A stretch of DNA of 55,778 bases, counting the filler, from Catajapyx aquilonaris (taxonomy: Eukaryota), in NCBI GenBank assembly GCA_000934665.2. It is 4 parts of 4 records of this genome, joined end to end, with 100 filler letters (N's around TTAATTAATTAA, not from the genome) between each part and the next. Parts side by side here need not be neighbours in the genome. Positions count along the whole stretch, not along the records: positions 1 to 13,949 come from JYFJ02007998.1; positions 14,050 to 28,089 come from JYFJ02007999.1; 2 more parts are not named here. The stretch is one strand, 5' to 3'. The position numbers and the translations under genes were made by a program. Shown here piece after piece: positions 1-24,849 of this stretch. The stretch's first letter is position 1. Each line of letters starts with the position of its first letter. The notes beneath the pieces were generated by a model that was given only the letters and a program-made list of their open reading frames with translations, was not told the DNA's origin and did no database searches.

Positions 1-487
1 GGGGGTGTCATGGGAGAGGTGGGGGGTTTTTTAGGGGGGAGGTGGAGTAGCCAGAGAGACAGACCAAGAGACATCCAGACATCCAGAGAGAAGATTCAGA
101 TAGAGAGACAGAACAGATGAGACGACACGCAGAAATTTCACAAACATTTTTTTTCCCCAGATAGGAAGTACGGTCAAGGTTTTAGGTTCAGAAAAGGAAT
201 AAACAGAGAAGGTCTCAGGTTAGTCTGTCTGCAGACCACTCAACAGATGTTCCAAGATTGGTGGGAGGGTATTATTGAAAAGTCATACTCATGCATTGAA
301 GGAATTATTATTTTTTCTTTTCTTCTTCATCCTACATGCAATGGGTTAGAAATAAGCGAAAAAAGAGAGAAAGTGAAGTTGCTAATAAAAATCAATGTGG
401 GCATGGAAAAAATACTGAAGCTAATGTGATTGGTGCTTCAACCAACCCTACCTATAATGAAAAATGATGGGGGGGGAAAGATCATAC

Positions 488-11397
<10,910 letters not shown>

Positions 11398-12139
11398 TTT
11401 CCGTTAGCACCAATATTAGTTTTTTTTTGTGGATATATATACAGGTGGGGGCACACAACACTTATCACTTATTATCACTTTGTGTTTATGTATGTGTATG
11501 TGAGCACGGCACTTATTGTGAGTATATGTTATAAAGGCCACCCCCGTTTTATAGTTTCGGGGATGTAATGCACTTCACTGTTTGTGCATATCCTCGCCCC
11601 TGAGCAGTGTGTCGATGCGTCTGGAAAAGGCGGGGAGGGTTGTGGAGAGAGGCAAAGGGGGGTTGTGGAAAAGCAGAGAGAGAGTGGCGAGGGGAGGGGG
11701 GAACTCTCCTTTCCTTTTTTTTTTTTTTTTTCCGGGGCCGGTTTCGGGTCGCGAGGCGGAGTGATACGGCTCTATACGGCCTCCCCCTCTTCCCCACCAC
11801 AACTTCACTTTTTTCCGCACGTCTCTCTCGCTCCCTCCCGCTCGGTTCTCTCTCTCCGTCCGCACTCTTGGCGGAGGCTCCCCACCCCCTCCACTACAAC
11901 TCGGCCCGACTCTGTAGCGGTTTACTAGCGAGCGGAGCCGAACTTGGGCGAGGAGGCACGAAGAGGGCCGGATGGGTGTCAAGTGAATACTACGCAAAGT
12001 ATGATAGTACACTGCGGGCCGTTTCCCGTACGCACAGTGTGCGTGAGAGAGGATCTGGTGTCTCGCATTAACTGGGATGGTTGAAAGTTGGCGCGTCTCG
12101 GTAGCAGTTTGCGATTTTACGGGGCGCTGAACGGCGTAT

Positions 12140-12750
12140 CAGTTACTTTTAATAGTTAGTTGAAACTGTTATTAACAATGCAGTTACTTTCGAACTGTTA
12201 TCGAGAAAATTAGATGAATATTCGAAAGTACCGTAACTGATTTGATCATAGCTAAGTTACTTTTTAACCAGTTATTTTGAACTGTTATTAGCAAAGCATT
12301 TCGAACTGTTATCGAGAAAATTAGATAAATCTTCGAAACGAGTAACTCTTTTGACCATAGCTAAGTTACTTTCTAACTAATCTAACACATTTATAACGAT
12401 TTATAAAATTACGAGGAGTTGAAATTTGAAACCTGTTCGAAAGCAACTTCTGTGATAATAGCTAATGTCAAGGTAGTTTTTGGTTATTTATAACTGTTAC
12501 AAAGTAACTGTTGTGATAGTAACTACGACTCTATAATAAAATAGAGTTTTAAAACCTCAAGTTGACTTCTTTTTAACTCTTTCTAACCTTGAAAGATTTA
12601 ATCGAGGTAATGATTAGGTCTAGCTCTTTCGGAGGATGAAATGAACTGAAGTTGTTGTTTTAACTCCAGCGAAAGAGTTATTGTAACTCATTTAGTACCG
12701 GTAATTTACCACTTTTCAAGGTTAGAAATAGTTTATTATAATTATTCTTT
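12140..12750. repeat. AT-rich degenerate repeat (gttact/agtaac motifs) including a ~110-bp tandem duplication at 12190-12375
   Basis: ttcgaactgttatcgagaaaattagat...catagctaagttacttt occurs twice. Confidence 0.6.
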
Positions 12751-13084
12751 TTTAGAGAGTAGGTTTTACCTATTGGCATCTTGCATCTTTGTTCCCCCTC
12801 CCTCTGCCTGCCTTACATGCAAAAAAAAAAAAAAAAAAAAAAAAATCTTGAGGTTGCAACGGAAGTTTTGGCGGCATTACTATACTTGTAGTAACTCACC
12901 TTTACGAGCAATCCCGAAGAGGATTGCCATAAGTTACCGTGGGATAACGGCCAAACTTTCGAGGCAATCTCTCGGAGAAGACAGGCAATAGCAAACCTAT
13001 AAGCTGAATAAGGCAGGTCCAGGACTGCCAGCCCGAAGTGCAAACTAATCATCTGAATGTAATGAGTATATGTACTATGGGGCT

Positions 13085-13206
13085 CAAATAGTTTTGGCCA
13101 CTTTATCCTGGTCTTGAAGCAACCCTTCGCACAAGCCCCAAGGCGAGGAAGTGCGTGTGTCGGAAGGGTTGCTTCAAGACCAGGATAAAGTGGCCAAAAC
13201 TATTTG
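13085..13206. repeat. Perfect 44-bp inverted repeat (hairpin, MITE-like)
   Basis: 13085-13128 is the exact reverse complement of 13163-13206. Confidence 0.9.
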
Positions 13207-13379
13207 GAGCTCCATATATGGTACGGGGGCGTCTATTACCAGAACTCGCTTTGCGAGGCGGGGGGGCTCCGCCCCCCCACACCCCCCCTTGGGGCTGCGC
13301 CCCAATTGGCGCGCCTTCGGCGCTACGCGTTCCCGCCCGGGCCTACCCACTTACCCAGCACCGCTAGAGAGCTGGAAAT

Positions 13380-13592
13380 AATAACCTGGAGTTCGTCGTC
13401 AACGGACGAGTGACCAATGAAGCATGACAAATACCAGGATCACCACTACAGGGCTGGCAACAATAACCTGGAGTATGTCGTCAACGGAGTGACCAATGAA
13501 GCAAGACAAATCCAGGACCACCACGACAGGGCTGGCAACAATAACGTGGAGTATGTCGTCAACGGAGTCACCAATGAAGCATGACAAATACC
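13380..13592. repeat. Tandem repeat, ~78-bp unit, ~2.7 copies
   Basis: aataacctggagt...gtcgtcaacggagtgaccaatgaagca is repeated three times. Confidence 0.85.
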
Positions 13593-13949
13593 ACACCTGC
13601 AACAATCAACCAACCTACCAACCAGCCAATCAACCAACAACAATAAGCGCGCCCCACAAACAACAGTCTCATCAATTTTAATATTAATTAGTTCATCATC
13701 ATCCTTCACGGCTTTATCCCAAAATCCTGGCGTTGCCAGCGGATAAGGAGGAGGATTACTTGTAAATTTGGTAATTATGTGTGCAAGCGGGTCATATGAC
13801 GTCACTCCTCTGCTGCTGGTTAATAAACGGGACAGTCGGTGACGTCACGTCGAAAGTCCCCCGTTTGGTGTGCAATAACCTCTGAACAGTTATTGGTGTG
13901 ATTGGACATTAGCTGTCAATATTAGCTGCCTGATAATTTCCCCGCGTTT

Positions 13950-14049
13950 NNNNNNNNNNNNNNNNNNNNNNNNNNNNNNNNNNNNNNNNNNNNTTAATTA
14001 ATTAANNNNNNNNNNNNNNNNNNNNNNNNNNNNNNNNNNNNNNNNNNNN
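13950..14049. other. Artificial contig-join spacer
   Basis: 44 N + TTAATTAATTAA (stops in all six frames) + 44 N. Confidence 0.97.
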
Positions 14050-14639
14050 CAAGCAAACAATAATGCCCCGTCACAACACTGTCCCGAGCAGGAATAATAT
14101 TTACAAAGCCTCGAGCTATGATCGACTGACTGGATCCAACCGCCATATTGCGGCTTCCCTCTTCCAGACAAGATATAAATTGAGCCTTCATTTTAACAAT
14201 TAAGTGGAGCAATTAATCTTGCACCATTTTCTTCCTGAATCAGCCAGATACTTTCCTGAACAAAAGTCTTGCAAGGTACAGTCTCACAAAAAAAAAATGA
14301 AAACACTTTTCATCATCCACCATCGACCTGTACTGTACAGATGGAAAAAGTTTTCTCTTGAAGGTTTTCCACAACAGTACTTTCATTTATATACACTCGG
14401 TGCTACAGTACAGTTCAGGGCTGCCAAGGAAGGCAGCAGAAGATCAATAAGATGGCGGATGTACTTTCGCATTTACTTCCATGTATAGCCCTGGTTTAAA
14501 TCTTAACGCTTGCCCGCTTTTGTTGGGTTGGCGTGAGTGGTAATCCGGATTACACGTGTTCGCCTCCGAAGTTCCTAATCCTTTCAAGGAAAATGACCTG
14601 CGATGTGTGGGTCCTGCACAGGGGCATGCACTCTGCAAA

Positions 14640-15300
14640 TTTTGTGGATTCAAAATGTCGCTCAATCAAAATGTCCATGCTCAAAATTGAGCATACAAGT
14701 GCAAACACTTCAAATAAATCCAGCAATCGTCTGATTTGTTCATTGTTCAGCAAATTGTGGATTCAAAATGGCGTCAATATAGTGCTCAATCAAAATGATT
14801 GTCATAAAATCTGTTGAAATTATTTTGAAGTAAGCATATATAGGCAAACTTGCAACTATAAGCAATCCTTGAAATGACATTTATTTATAATGCGGAAATT
14901 TTTGGGAATTTAAAATTGATTCAAAATGGCGTCAATATGGCTACAAAATGGCGCTCAACCCAAAAATTTCGTACGATATGTGGAAAATTATTCAAAATTG
15001 TATCTGAAAGTACAAAAAAAAAGTTGCAAATAAATCCAATCTTGATCAGATTTGTTCAAAATTCTGCACATTTCAGAATCGAAATATGGATTCAAAATGG
15101 CGTCAGTAAGGCGCTCAATCAAAATTGGCATAAAATATGTGGAAATGATTTAAACTCAGCCTACATGAGGAAACATTGCAACGAAAACAAATCTTGATGG
15201 AATGTGTTCATAAATTGGCAAATTTTGGTGATTTTAAAAATGAATTCAAAATGGCGTGCAATTAAAATTTTTCATAACATTTATGGAAATAATTTACAAT
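14640..15300. repeat. Degenerate tandem repeat (~160-170 bp) with core gattcaaaatggcg...gctcaa
   Basis: The core recurs near 14648, 14760, 14918, 15089 and 15243. Confidence 0.7.
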
Positions 15301-16137
15301 TGAGCCCGGAAGTACGAACATTTAAAATTAATTTGTTCCAAATTTCTGCCTTATTTCTCTCACTTCATGGGTTGGAAATAATGACCCACGCTGATAGTCC
15401 AAGTCCAGGAAAAAGGATTGATTACACTCCGTTCATTAGGGCCAGGGCTCTTTGTTTGCCCTTACTCCACGCCAAATTTGCCGCACTCATAATGGGCCGT
15501 ATCATCATCATTGTTGCCAGTTATCAGCAGACTCTCCCACCAACAACTATAAAAAAAAGAACAGTTAGAAACAGCTTCATTTGGCTCCAATTGGACCATG
15601 CGGAGGCCATGTTTTTGTCAAAGGAGGATTTAAGCTTCCAAAAACTTTTTTTTTTTTTCAGAGTCTCAAAAAGGGTGACATCAAAGAGCGACATTTTGCT
15701 TGCGACGAGAATGCCAAGTGCTCTTTCATTACTGCGACGAAACCCTTTTGAGGAACCTAGGCTTTGGATCGACTTTATTTACAGAAACTGGCTTTATCAA
15801 AGGCAAGACTTTTGTGCTATACTTTTGTCAGCAAGGGTGTCCAATTCTGCTCAAATGATTTTGAAAACCTAATGATGCGAGAGGTCATTAACAAGACTGC
15901 TTGCCATTTCTTACACCTTGAGATAGACGATGCGAGACGAGGGGTATGCAAACTTGGTCATTGACGCGTGTCGGTGTCTCTTAATCATTAAGCAATGAGG
16001 ACGGATGATTCACTCAGTATTGGAACTCAACTCAGGACATTTCTAGGGGACATCTATGAAATGATTGGGAAAGGTTCTGCTTAAAGGAGATGTATTGTTT
16101 GTCTGTACTAGACACAAGATGTATGAAGTTTTTAGTT

Positions 16138-16262
16138 TCAAATGTGCTTCTACAAGCTCTAAGCTATATTTGGCCAAAATTTAGATAAAGTAAAATATTA
16201 AATGTTTTACTTTATCTAAATTTTGGCCAAATATAACTTAGAGCTTGTAGGAGCACATTTGA
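16138..16262. repeat. Near-perfect 125-bp palindrome
   Basis: tcaaatgtgcttctacaagctctaag... is mirrored by ...cttagagcttgtaggagcacatttga. Confidence 0.9.
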
Positions 16263-16299
16263 CTTACTAACAAAATGACTAACTTGAACTTACTAAATT

Positions 16300-16740
16300 T
16301 AATAAATTTTATTAAATTTAGTAAGTTAACAGTAAAGTGAAAGCAAAGTTTTTGTCAATTTAGTAACAGTAATGTGAAACCAAAAATAGCAAATTTAGTA
16401 ACAGAAAAGTGAATGTTAAAATGTAGTAACAGTAGTGAAAGAAAAATTTAGTAAATTCAATAACCGTAAAGTGAAAGCAAGAATTTAGCAAATTATTAGT
16501 AACAGTAAAGTGAAAACAAAAAATCAGCCAATTTAGCAAAAGTAACAATTAAGTAAATTTAGTAAAGTAACCATTGAGTAAATTTAGTAAAGTAACCATT
16601 GAGTAAATTTAGTAAAGTAACCATTGAGTGAATTTAGTAAAGTAACCATTGAGTGAATTTAGTAAAGTAACCATTGAGTAAATTTAGTAAAGTAACCATT
16701 GAGTAAATTTAGTAAAAGTAACCATTTAGTAAAAGTAATG
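16300..16740. repeat. AT-rich minisatellite; 25-bp unit (agtaaatttagtaaagtaaccattg) about 7 copies at 16552-16730, degenerate upstream
   Basis: Direct tandem copies are visible. Confidence 0.9.
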
Positions 16741-17565
16741 TAAAAGAATTAAAAGTATTTGAACAAATTTTCTGTTTGGAACGACAGTCACTCACTAATT
16801 ATATTTATTCACAGTAACTCATAATAATAATTTTAAACAATATTAAAAGCATTGCTAGACACAATATAATATCTATCGAACCATTTTGAGTCATTTTTAA
16901 ATTTTTTGGCCGAAAATCAGCGCCTTTTTTCTGAAAATTATGTAATCCAAAATGGCCGCCATACATTTTCACTCTTCAAAAATTGTCGTTGAGTTCCATT
17001 TAAGCTCAAAATATTTTTAATGACATACATTCAGGCCCCTGATAATAATCAGGAGATAATATCTACTAATCAACCGCTTTTTGTTTTAAAAAAATGACGT
17101 CATCCAATATGGCGACCCCTCTCGCTAAAAAGAAAATTTCTCTCGCTTTTTTTTAAAAAACTCTGACAACTCTGAAAAAATGAGGATCAGGAGCGAGAGG
17201 CAACTGAGTCAACGAGTAAGCCAGTGCAAATTTGCTCGCCGGAAATTAGAGCCGGAATTTTAATTAGGCAAACTTAGACACGCTTTGGCACTCGCCTGCT
17301 TGGGGTTGGTTGACGGTCGAGATACGTGTTGATACCCACGGTTAGTTGGGTACGGGTAAAATTATACACACGGGCCGGCAAAGATTTTGAGGTCCAATGG
17401 GAGTTATATCAAAAGTGAGGAGATAGCTGGAAGCAACGAAGCTGTAAAGCTAATTAATAACCAGCTACCCTGCGTTATTTCCATCACGACACTACATCAT
17501 GTAGAGCAATATCTTCATAGAATTTTTGGGGCGAAAATCAAAAGATTTTTTTTCTAAAAATATAA

Positions 17566-17685
17566 CCTCCTGAGACCCCTGGTACAGTATACTGTACCTT
17601 TGTTTTTCCAGCACCTTCTGACTAACTCAAACACGTAAAAAACAAAAACAAAGGTACAGTATACTGTACCAGGGGTGTCATGAGG
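17566..17685. mobile_element. Short MITE-like foldback (~40-bp TIRs)
   Basis: cctcctgagacccctggtacagtatactgtacctttgtttt is mirrored at 17645-17685. Confidence 0.65.
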
Positions 17686-19480
17686 ATATATAATCCAAAA
17701 TGGCCGCCATACATTTTAATTGCTTCAAAAATTAATTTTTAACAATTGTAAAAACATGTTTGGACACAAAGTATTTCTATTGAGCCCTTTTTAGGCCCGT
17801 TTTGAATTTTTGGGGGCAAAAATAAGTGCTTTTTCTAAAGAATTATGTAATCCAAAATGGCCGCCATACATTTTCTTTGCTTGAAAAATTGTGGATATCA
17901 CTTGACGTACCAAAAGTCACGTACCGAACTTCTTTCGCCGACTGACCCCAATTAATCCTAGAACCGGACCTAGGCTGAATTTTAAAAAACAATGCACGTA
18001 TACCCTTATCGGTCTGTTGAAACTACAGATCATCACCTTTTATCACGCTTTTGCTCATTTAATATTTTCTCAGGTACCGGTATATACAGTGTATGTCAAC
18101 GTGATTCGCATCCATGGGAAAAGCCTGAGGCAGATCAGTTACCTGGAAATTTTTCCGCTTCTAAAAACCTGGTCTGACTAGAACGTGGGAATGAAAAACC
18201 CAACCTTGCGTAATCGCAAACTTTTTTTTGGAGATATATTTTTTGGTCGAATCTCTCCAAAAAATGTTCCTGAGGGCATCAGAATGTACGTTTTTTTTTT
18301 TTTTTTTTTTTGGAATGTGAGTACCTGGAAACACTGTAAACTATATACGGTACAGTACAAACAGCCTAAGGTGGTGCTGACGTGATGTGGCAAACCTGCT
18401 GCCATGTGCAAGGGTCACCCTGAAGCTAAAACATGCTCTAATTTCGGTATTTACACTGTATTGTGTAAAGAAATGTGGACAGCTCAAGTGTTTAACCAGT
18501 AGATGGCAGGCTGAAATCAGGGTTTTAACTACAAAGTTTCATTAAGCAAATTGTCTCGCTTGTCATACCAATTTTTCATGGATGTCCACTCTGACGCCTG
18601 TGAGCCTTCACGTGTCCTACACCCCACCCAAAAATTCGTCTATTGTCACAACAGCCCCCCTCCCCCCCTTTCAAAAAAATGGTCACGTCATGTGTTGTAG
18701 AGAGCAACCTCTGGTCCCCCCTCCGAATTCTCCGGAACAATGGCCAAATTTTTGCACCCGGGCGAACCCCTAGGCCGGGGGTATATAACACAATGCTTTG
18801 TCCTCATGATCAGGGGGTGTTGACCTTTTCACTTCCACACTTTGGTGGTGTTTTGATACACCCTGTTTTTTTGTAAATTTTGTCCAACCAAACTATTGAA
18901 TATTGGTTTTTCTTAACTCTCAATGTTTAGACACTATCTTCAAAAATGACCTGACCATTTACAACATCACTTCTCCATCTTGCAATTACCGTTCACTTCA
19001 ACCTGCCGATAACAAAATGGCTGTCACCCTCAACTGTCGCTTGGATGGAACCCATCAACTTTTAATGAAATGGTAGGGAGGGGGGAAGAAGGAAACCATC
19101 TCCCCTCTTGTAACAATTGAAACATTTCATATAACAACCGTTGTAATCTAGTGACAACGAATAAACCGGTGAAGGGAAAATGACAAAAAAGGAGCGTTTA
19201 TCCGGGCACGGAATGAGTTTTGCACCGCGAATTTCGGGGGCTATAAAACCCGGTTTTAACACGCAGGTAGGGAGAGGCGGGGAGGGGGAGGGAGGGAGGG
19301 AGGGATGGGGATTGACGACCCTAGGCTACAAATGAAAATCTGGGGAGGTATAATATCAGCTAGAAATTTGGGACTGTTTCTCACACCAGTCCTGGCCTGT
19401 AATGCTGGTTAACAAAATGTAATGTGGTTAACAAGTTTACGAACGTAATTCTGTTTAACCTGCTATATGGTTACAAATTT

Positions 19481-19692
19481 ATGTAATACTGGTTAATATA
19501 CTGTACGTACAGATGTAACCCTGGTTAACATACTGTACTGACAGATGTAACCCTGGTTAACATACTGTACTGACAGATGTAACCCTGGTTAACATACTGT
19601 ACTTACAGATGTAACCCTGGTTAACATACTGTACTTACAAAAGTGCTGTAATCCTGGTTAACATATTGATATTATTATGTAATCCTGGTTAA
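19481..19692. repeat. Minisatellite, 32-bp unit (ctggttaacatactgtactgacagatgtaacc)
   Basis: About 4 near-perfect copies plus degenerate flanking copies. Confidence 0.9.
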
Positions 19693-21889
19693 TACTTTTA
19701 CAAAAATAAACATCTGTCGGAAATTTGACATTTTGGATTTGAAATGATTTTGAGTTCAAATGTGAACTTCAAGTGTAATAAAAATTGAGTTAAAACATCG
19801 ATTCTTTGCGACACAGTATCACTTACCACGTTTAACCATCCCATCAACAGTCCGTTTTAAATGCATGAGATACGCACGATAGTATCCTAATGGAGGCAGA
19901 GATGGAGAAGCAAACTTCTTTCTTCTCCCCCCCTATCAAAAAAATACCCCCCCTCACAGCTCTCCCCCAATGTCGAAAAAAAAGCTCCATCCATTCTGAC
20001 AAGATGGTGACTCAACGGGAAGCGCCTCATATTTCAATCTCCAAAAGCCTCCCTTGTAGCCTCTAGGATAAATCGACGCCAAAAGTGGAACTATCTACCT
20101 TTTGGAGGTCTCAAGGGTCCCCTCAACATTATTCGATGCAAATGGCAAATCATCAACATAAGCCAGAAGTGAGGGAGGAGGGAGGGGGGGGGGAGACACC
20201 CATGGGAATGTCTGCTGATTGGCTTCACGACGAAGTGTGACGAGAACGTGACAGAAATGCTGGATTGTCGAAAAGTTTTAGTATGAATTTTTATGGAAAA
20301 TAAATTGCTGTATGAGTACTTTGTGGGGTTCTTCTTGCAGACTGACGTATCAGTAACAAGTTAACCAGTGTACAATACTGATACGTCAAAGTGCTAGAAA
20401 TTCATATTCATGGAGCAATTTTTTCATAAAAATTTTGATTTAAAAATCTGATAATCTCTTCCATGTCCTCAACTGTTGAGGACAGGAAAGAGCACAGTGA
20501 AGATGATCATATCACTGTTTGGGGCACATTCCCACACAACAAATTTTCGTCTCCAACTCAGCACATTGATTTAGTGCAGCGAAATCCTGGGCTGTGGTCG
20601 CGACTAGGATAATAGAACCCTCATTCCTATTTATAGCCTTGACATTCCCACACCCCAGGTCTAGACTAATAATTTGGTTAATTAGTGCGCTTGAGGGTTG
20701 CGGGGAAGCTGCAGTTCTATAACTTCCCCATTTCTAACCAACCAACCTCTAGACACACTTTATCCGCTAAACAATGGCATGGCGGTCCTGAATGCCTAAG
20801 TTTGGAGCATAGCAGTTAGTAACCCTAGCGATGTAACCAGTCACACTCTTGACACTAGCTCAATGTAACAGTGTCAAGAAGTTACTTGAAAGTGTTGTTC
20901 TGAAGGGCTGACTATTAGTTTTCTTGCTTAGAGCTTTGGGAGGTTTCTAGTAAGGTCAACGACAACTCGTTTCGACTACTGCTGGGAGACCCTGACGTAT
21001 TAGGTTACAAGACCCTTGAGAGAGATGTCAACTGTCCAGACTAGGAGTGGACAGTGCTGGAGACAAACTTGTAGTTAAAGACGTAAGTTAAGTTCACAAC
21101 AGTAGTTAAAATTATCATCACAATAGTCTACATTCATATACAAATCAACAATACCTCAGCACATATGGCCCTAATGGATTTGTATGGTACCTAGAACGTC
21201 ACAATGGCGCCCACCAACAATAAAAAACAACCCCTTTTTTCAAACATTTAATCGAACCCAACGAGTACCTAATGATGTCCATTCTGAATTTTCAGCAATA
21301 AAGAAAAGCTGTAGCCATAATTTGGGCATCTGTTGAGGTGTGGGTGGCCATTGTTGGGGAAAACCAACACCTGCTCTGTTCTCATGGAAAGGACTTGTCG
21401 GCGGGGGATCCTAAAAGAGGGTTAAGTCCAAGGGGGAGAAGGGGAAGTCAATTGTCCCCCTTTTGTGGGGGTCTCCCCCTTTTGGGGAAGCAGACCGGGG
21501 GGAGGGGGGGGGTGCCTATGGCCACACGACAATCGAATCTTGGCCTGCAAATGGGATCAAGCGGCAGGAATAAAAATTGGAAACCTGGGCTCCACCCACT
21601 GTTGATGAAAAGGGTGACATTTCGCTCCAGTTGGTCCAGCATGTGGGGGTAGCCACAGGACAAAGGATTATGAGAACTCACAAGATGCTGGGAATGACAT
21701 GAATGATGGGTACGAAAATGGGTATGAACCGAACCTTACCGAAACGAAACGAAGCGAACCTTACCGAAACGATGCTCAACGAATTATTGAACCTTACCGA
21801 AACGATACTAAACGAATTATTATTGAACCTTACCGAAACGATACTAGGCGTACACTAGTCTGACCCACCCCTAGACACTTCCCCTACAA

Positions 21890-22197
21890 TCTTATCTTAT
21901 CGCCTGCCGGGGCGTTTTGCATGAGGTGCTCACCTGATAGCTAGCGCCATGAGACCTTTCACGGAGCTATTATGTGGCGACACTGCGGGACTACGCTGAA
22001 CTTTATAGGTACATAAGGAAAGCGCTACATTGGGGGACCCAACATGGTCGCCAGTGGCCATGTTGGACCCGCATGAATAGCGGCTTCTCTTCTACCTTAG
22101 TTCAGCGTAGTCCGGTAGGGTCGCCACATATTGCGCAATGAAAAGCTGTCCAATGGCGCTCTCATGCAAAACGCCCCGGCAGGCTATAAGAGATAGT
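21890..22197. mobile_element. ~300-bp imperfect foldback element within ccttaccgaaacg repeats
   Basis: Nested arms gcctgccggggcgttttgcatgag, tatgtggcgac, ggactacgctgaact and ccaacatgg each have a reverse-complement partner in mirror order. Confidence 0.75.
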
Positions 22198-23099
22198 GAC
22201 CAGACCTTAGTATTCTAAGACCATGGTCTGACCTTACCGAACCGAGTCTAAACGAATCTAACGTTACTGAAATGAAACAAAACGAATCGATCCTTACCGA
22301 AACGAAACGAATTAATAACTAGATTACTAGAGCAATAGTAAAATAGTCCTAAAATAGTAAGCAACTTCTCTTTCAATATTCTGAAGGCATCTGATCTCAC
22401 TATTCGTACCCCGTACATTCCCAAGACTAGGTTCATCTCAAGACACCCGGGATCAAGGGAGTCCCGGTTATCCCCCGCTTCCCTAGGGTTGACAGTAAAG
22501 CACGTACCCGGAAATGCGAGAACCGAGTAAATGGTTTTAGGACCAGGGTATGGGGAATATGGGGGGAAGGAAGGGCAAGCGATTTATGGGCGTGTGCAAA
22601 GGGGCTTGGCAATGACTAAGGCGCCTGCACTTTCCCCATACATCAAATCCTATGGACATGATTCTCCCCACCCCTCCCCACCCCTCTTTCCAATGCTAAA
22701 GCCTATATTAAAAGTGCCTTCAAACCAAAGTGGGGGAAGGAGGGGGAAGGGGGAACGAGACACTAAGCATTTATCCCGAGTGTAATATCCCCATATATTA
22801 CCACCAAAAAACTGGACGAAAGTAGTAAAATTTTCTGGGAGATGAGAAACGGCCTGGATCAAGATGGAGTGCGTGGATTGGTCGGGAGGGAAGCTGGATT
22901 TGTTCTGACTCGGGGGATGGTTATCTTGTCTGGACCTGTCGTGATGGCCGCCTGCGAGGTTTTTGATTGATGGAGACAGTTTTTTGGGGGGGACAATCAT
23001 GGTTGTGTCATAGCTGAGATCATCTGGTATCAACTAGGTATGTTCAATGTTATGAAGAAATATATTGACCATCATAATACTCAAAATGAATTTTGACAA

Positions 23100-23440
23100 G
23101 CAAGCAAACGAACGAACGAACGAACGAAATAAATGAATAAATAAATAAATAAATTAATTAATTAATTAATTAATAAACCAAAGAACGAAACGAACGAAAG
23201 AACGTTCCTTATTTTCTATCGAAAGAAACCAAATTAATCTGGACAAACACAGAAAGAAACGAACGCACGAACCAACGAACGAAACGAAACGAAACGAACG
23301 GACCAACTGTGCCTTTGTTTCTCTCGAAAGAAAAAATTACCTGGACAAACAAACTAAGAAAGGAGCGAACGAATGAACGAACGAACGAACGAACGAATTT
23401 TTTCTTTTCTCTCGAGATAAAAGAAACAAACTAACAAACC
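23100..23440. repeat. Compound microsatellite (AACG)n/(AAAT)n/(AATT)n
   Basis: Direct reading. Confidence 0.85.
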
Positions 23441-23449
23441 GTGCTATTA

Positions 23450-23640
23450 GACTTTTCCTCTACAATGAAGTCTTACAGAACGGCTTTGTCCGTCTGTCCG
23501 TCCGTAGACAGGTATCAGGGTCTGAACCACATGAGCTAGTTACAAACGGTGTTCGGATTCGGATTCAAAGGACACTAAATAGGTTTCACGGTCAACTTTC
23601 GGTGACCGGCTACTTCCGGTTTTCCAGGTTCACTCTATCC
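23450..23640. mobile_element. Possible DINE-1/Helentron-like non-autonomous fragment
   Basis: GTCY microsatellite gtccgtctgtccgtccgt, typical of that family; ends not defined. Confidence 0.3.
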
Positions 23641-24849
23641 ACAAAAAATATCTACTCGAATCACTCGTGATTTGCTTAACGCCGATTTTTAAATATTTTT
23701 AAAGCATCCTATTGGCCACCCACGAACTAACATCCAACACCGGATGGTCATTCTTTCAGTTAGCATTCAACTCCCATTGGATATACCACCAGGGGGTTTT
23801 CCCACCCTATACCCCCACCTCCCTATGCCATCTCCGGGCACATAATTGTGTGACACCCCCATAATAGAGAATGACAAATAACACGCAGAAGATGGCACAG
23901 AGGGCGGCCCCTAAAGTGCACGCCGAGGGGGGGCAGCACTGAGAGAGACCCGGTTTTTGGTGAGGGGGATTCCCCGTGGGGATTCCCCGCTCGACTTGTT
24001 GCAGAGTGCAAATCCTTGTACGAGACCAGGTCCCTTGGCTTCTTCTAGACTTACACAGGCTACGCCACTATCTATCGATTCATAGAATTGGTGGGGGAAA
24101 TTATTTAATATGATAGTAGTTAAAGTTTGTCAGTTGGCAACACTGATTCGGATGGCAGTAAGGTGGGTAATTTATTTCCATTTTTTATCATTCTAAATAT
24201 GCAAAATTTCAGATTCAGCTGTCAGTTGTAATTAAAAGTTCTGTCTGACTGTGGCGCCATCTTTCGGGGGGTAGAAACTTGCTGTGAATATCAACAACAC
24301 TGATTTGCATTCTCATCCTCAGCTAACAGGCGTCTAACTAATGCGCTAACGCTGCTATTATAAAGGACACACTAGATGGCGCTTGCACATTTGGACATCT
24401 GAGAATGATTAAAAGTTTGACCACCACTCTCTAATGGCGTGATTATGTTTCACTCGTTGTTTTTAGCGCATAGTATATATGCATCGCATTGAATGCTTAT
24501 GGATAGAATCACAACCGGTCTATCTACTTTAACCCAACAACCGTGACCTAACAGACTAAGCTCATGGACCACCTCACTTGGCAACACTGCTTGAGTCGCC
24601 ATGTTTCTTTTCCTCTCCCTCCACTATCCCCAAGTGTTGGGGACAACAATCCTCCCTGCCAACCTCAGGCCACTGTCTCTCAAGATTATTCACGGATTAA
24701 GGACCCCCACCACCACCACCTCTTCAAACCGGATCCCTCAAGACTCGACTTGCAGGAGGACTTTGTCCCCAGGGGGGGCGGCTTCGAAGAGCTGATTTTA
24801 TGACGTCCCAAGTCCGACCATCATCATAACAATTAGCAAGGTATAATTT

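Noticed and set aside
13446..13805. 119-aa ORF with repeated ASLVTPLTTYS
   Set aside because: The periodicity comes from the 78-bp DNA tandem repeat; no independent coding evidence.
15204..15872. 222-aa ORF
   Set aside because: It starts inside a tandem repeat, runs through poly-A/T tracts and has no recognisable motif. An exon-like segment at 15662-15943 has stops in its most plausible frame.
16552..19692. Regular short repeats as CRISPR arrays
   Set aside because: They are head-to-tail units without unique spacers, in a eukaryotic context with no cas genes.
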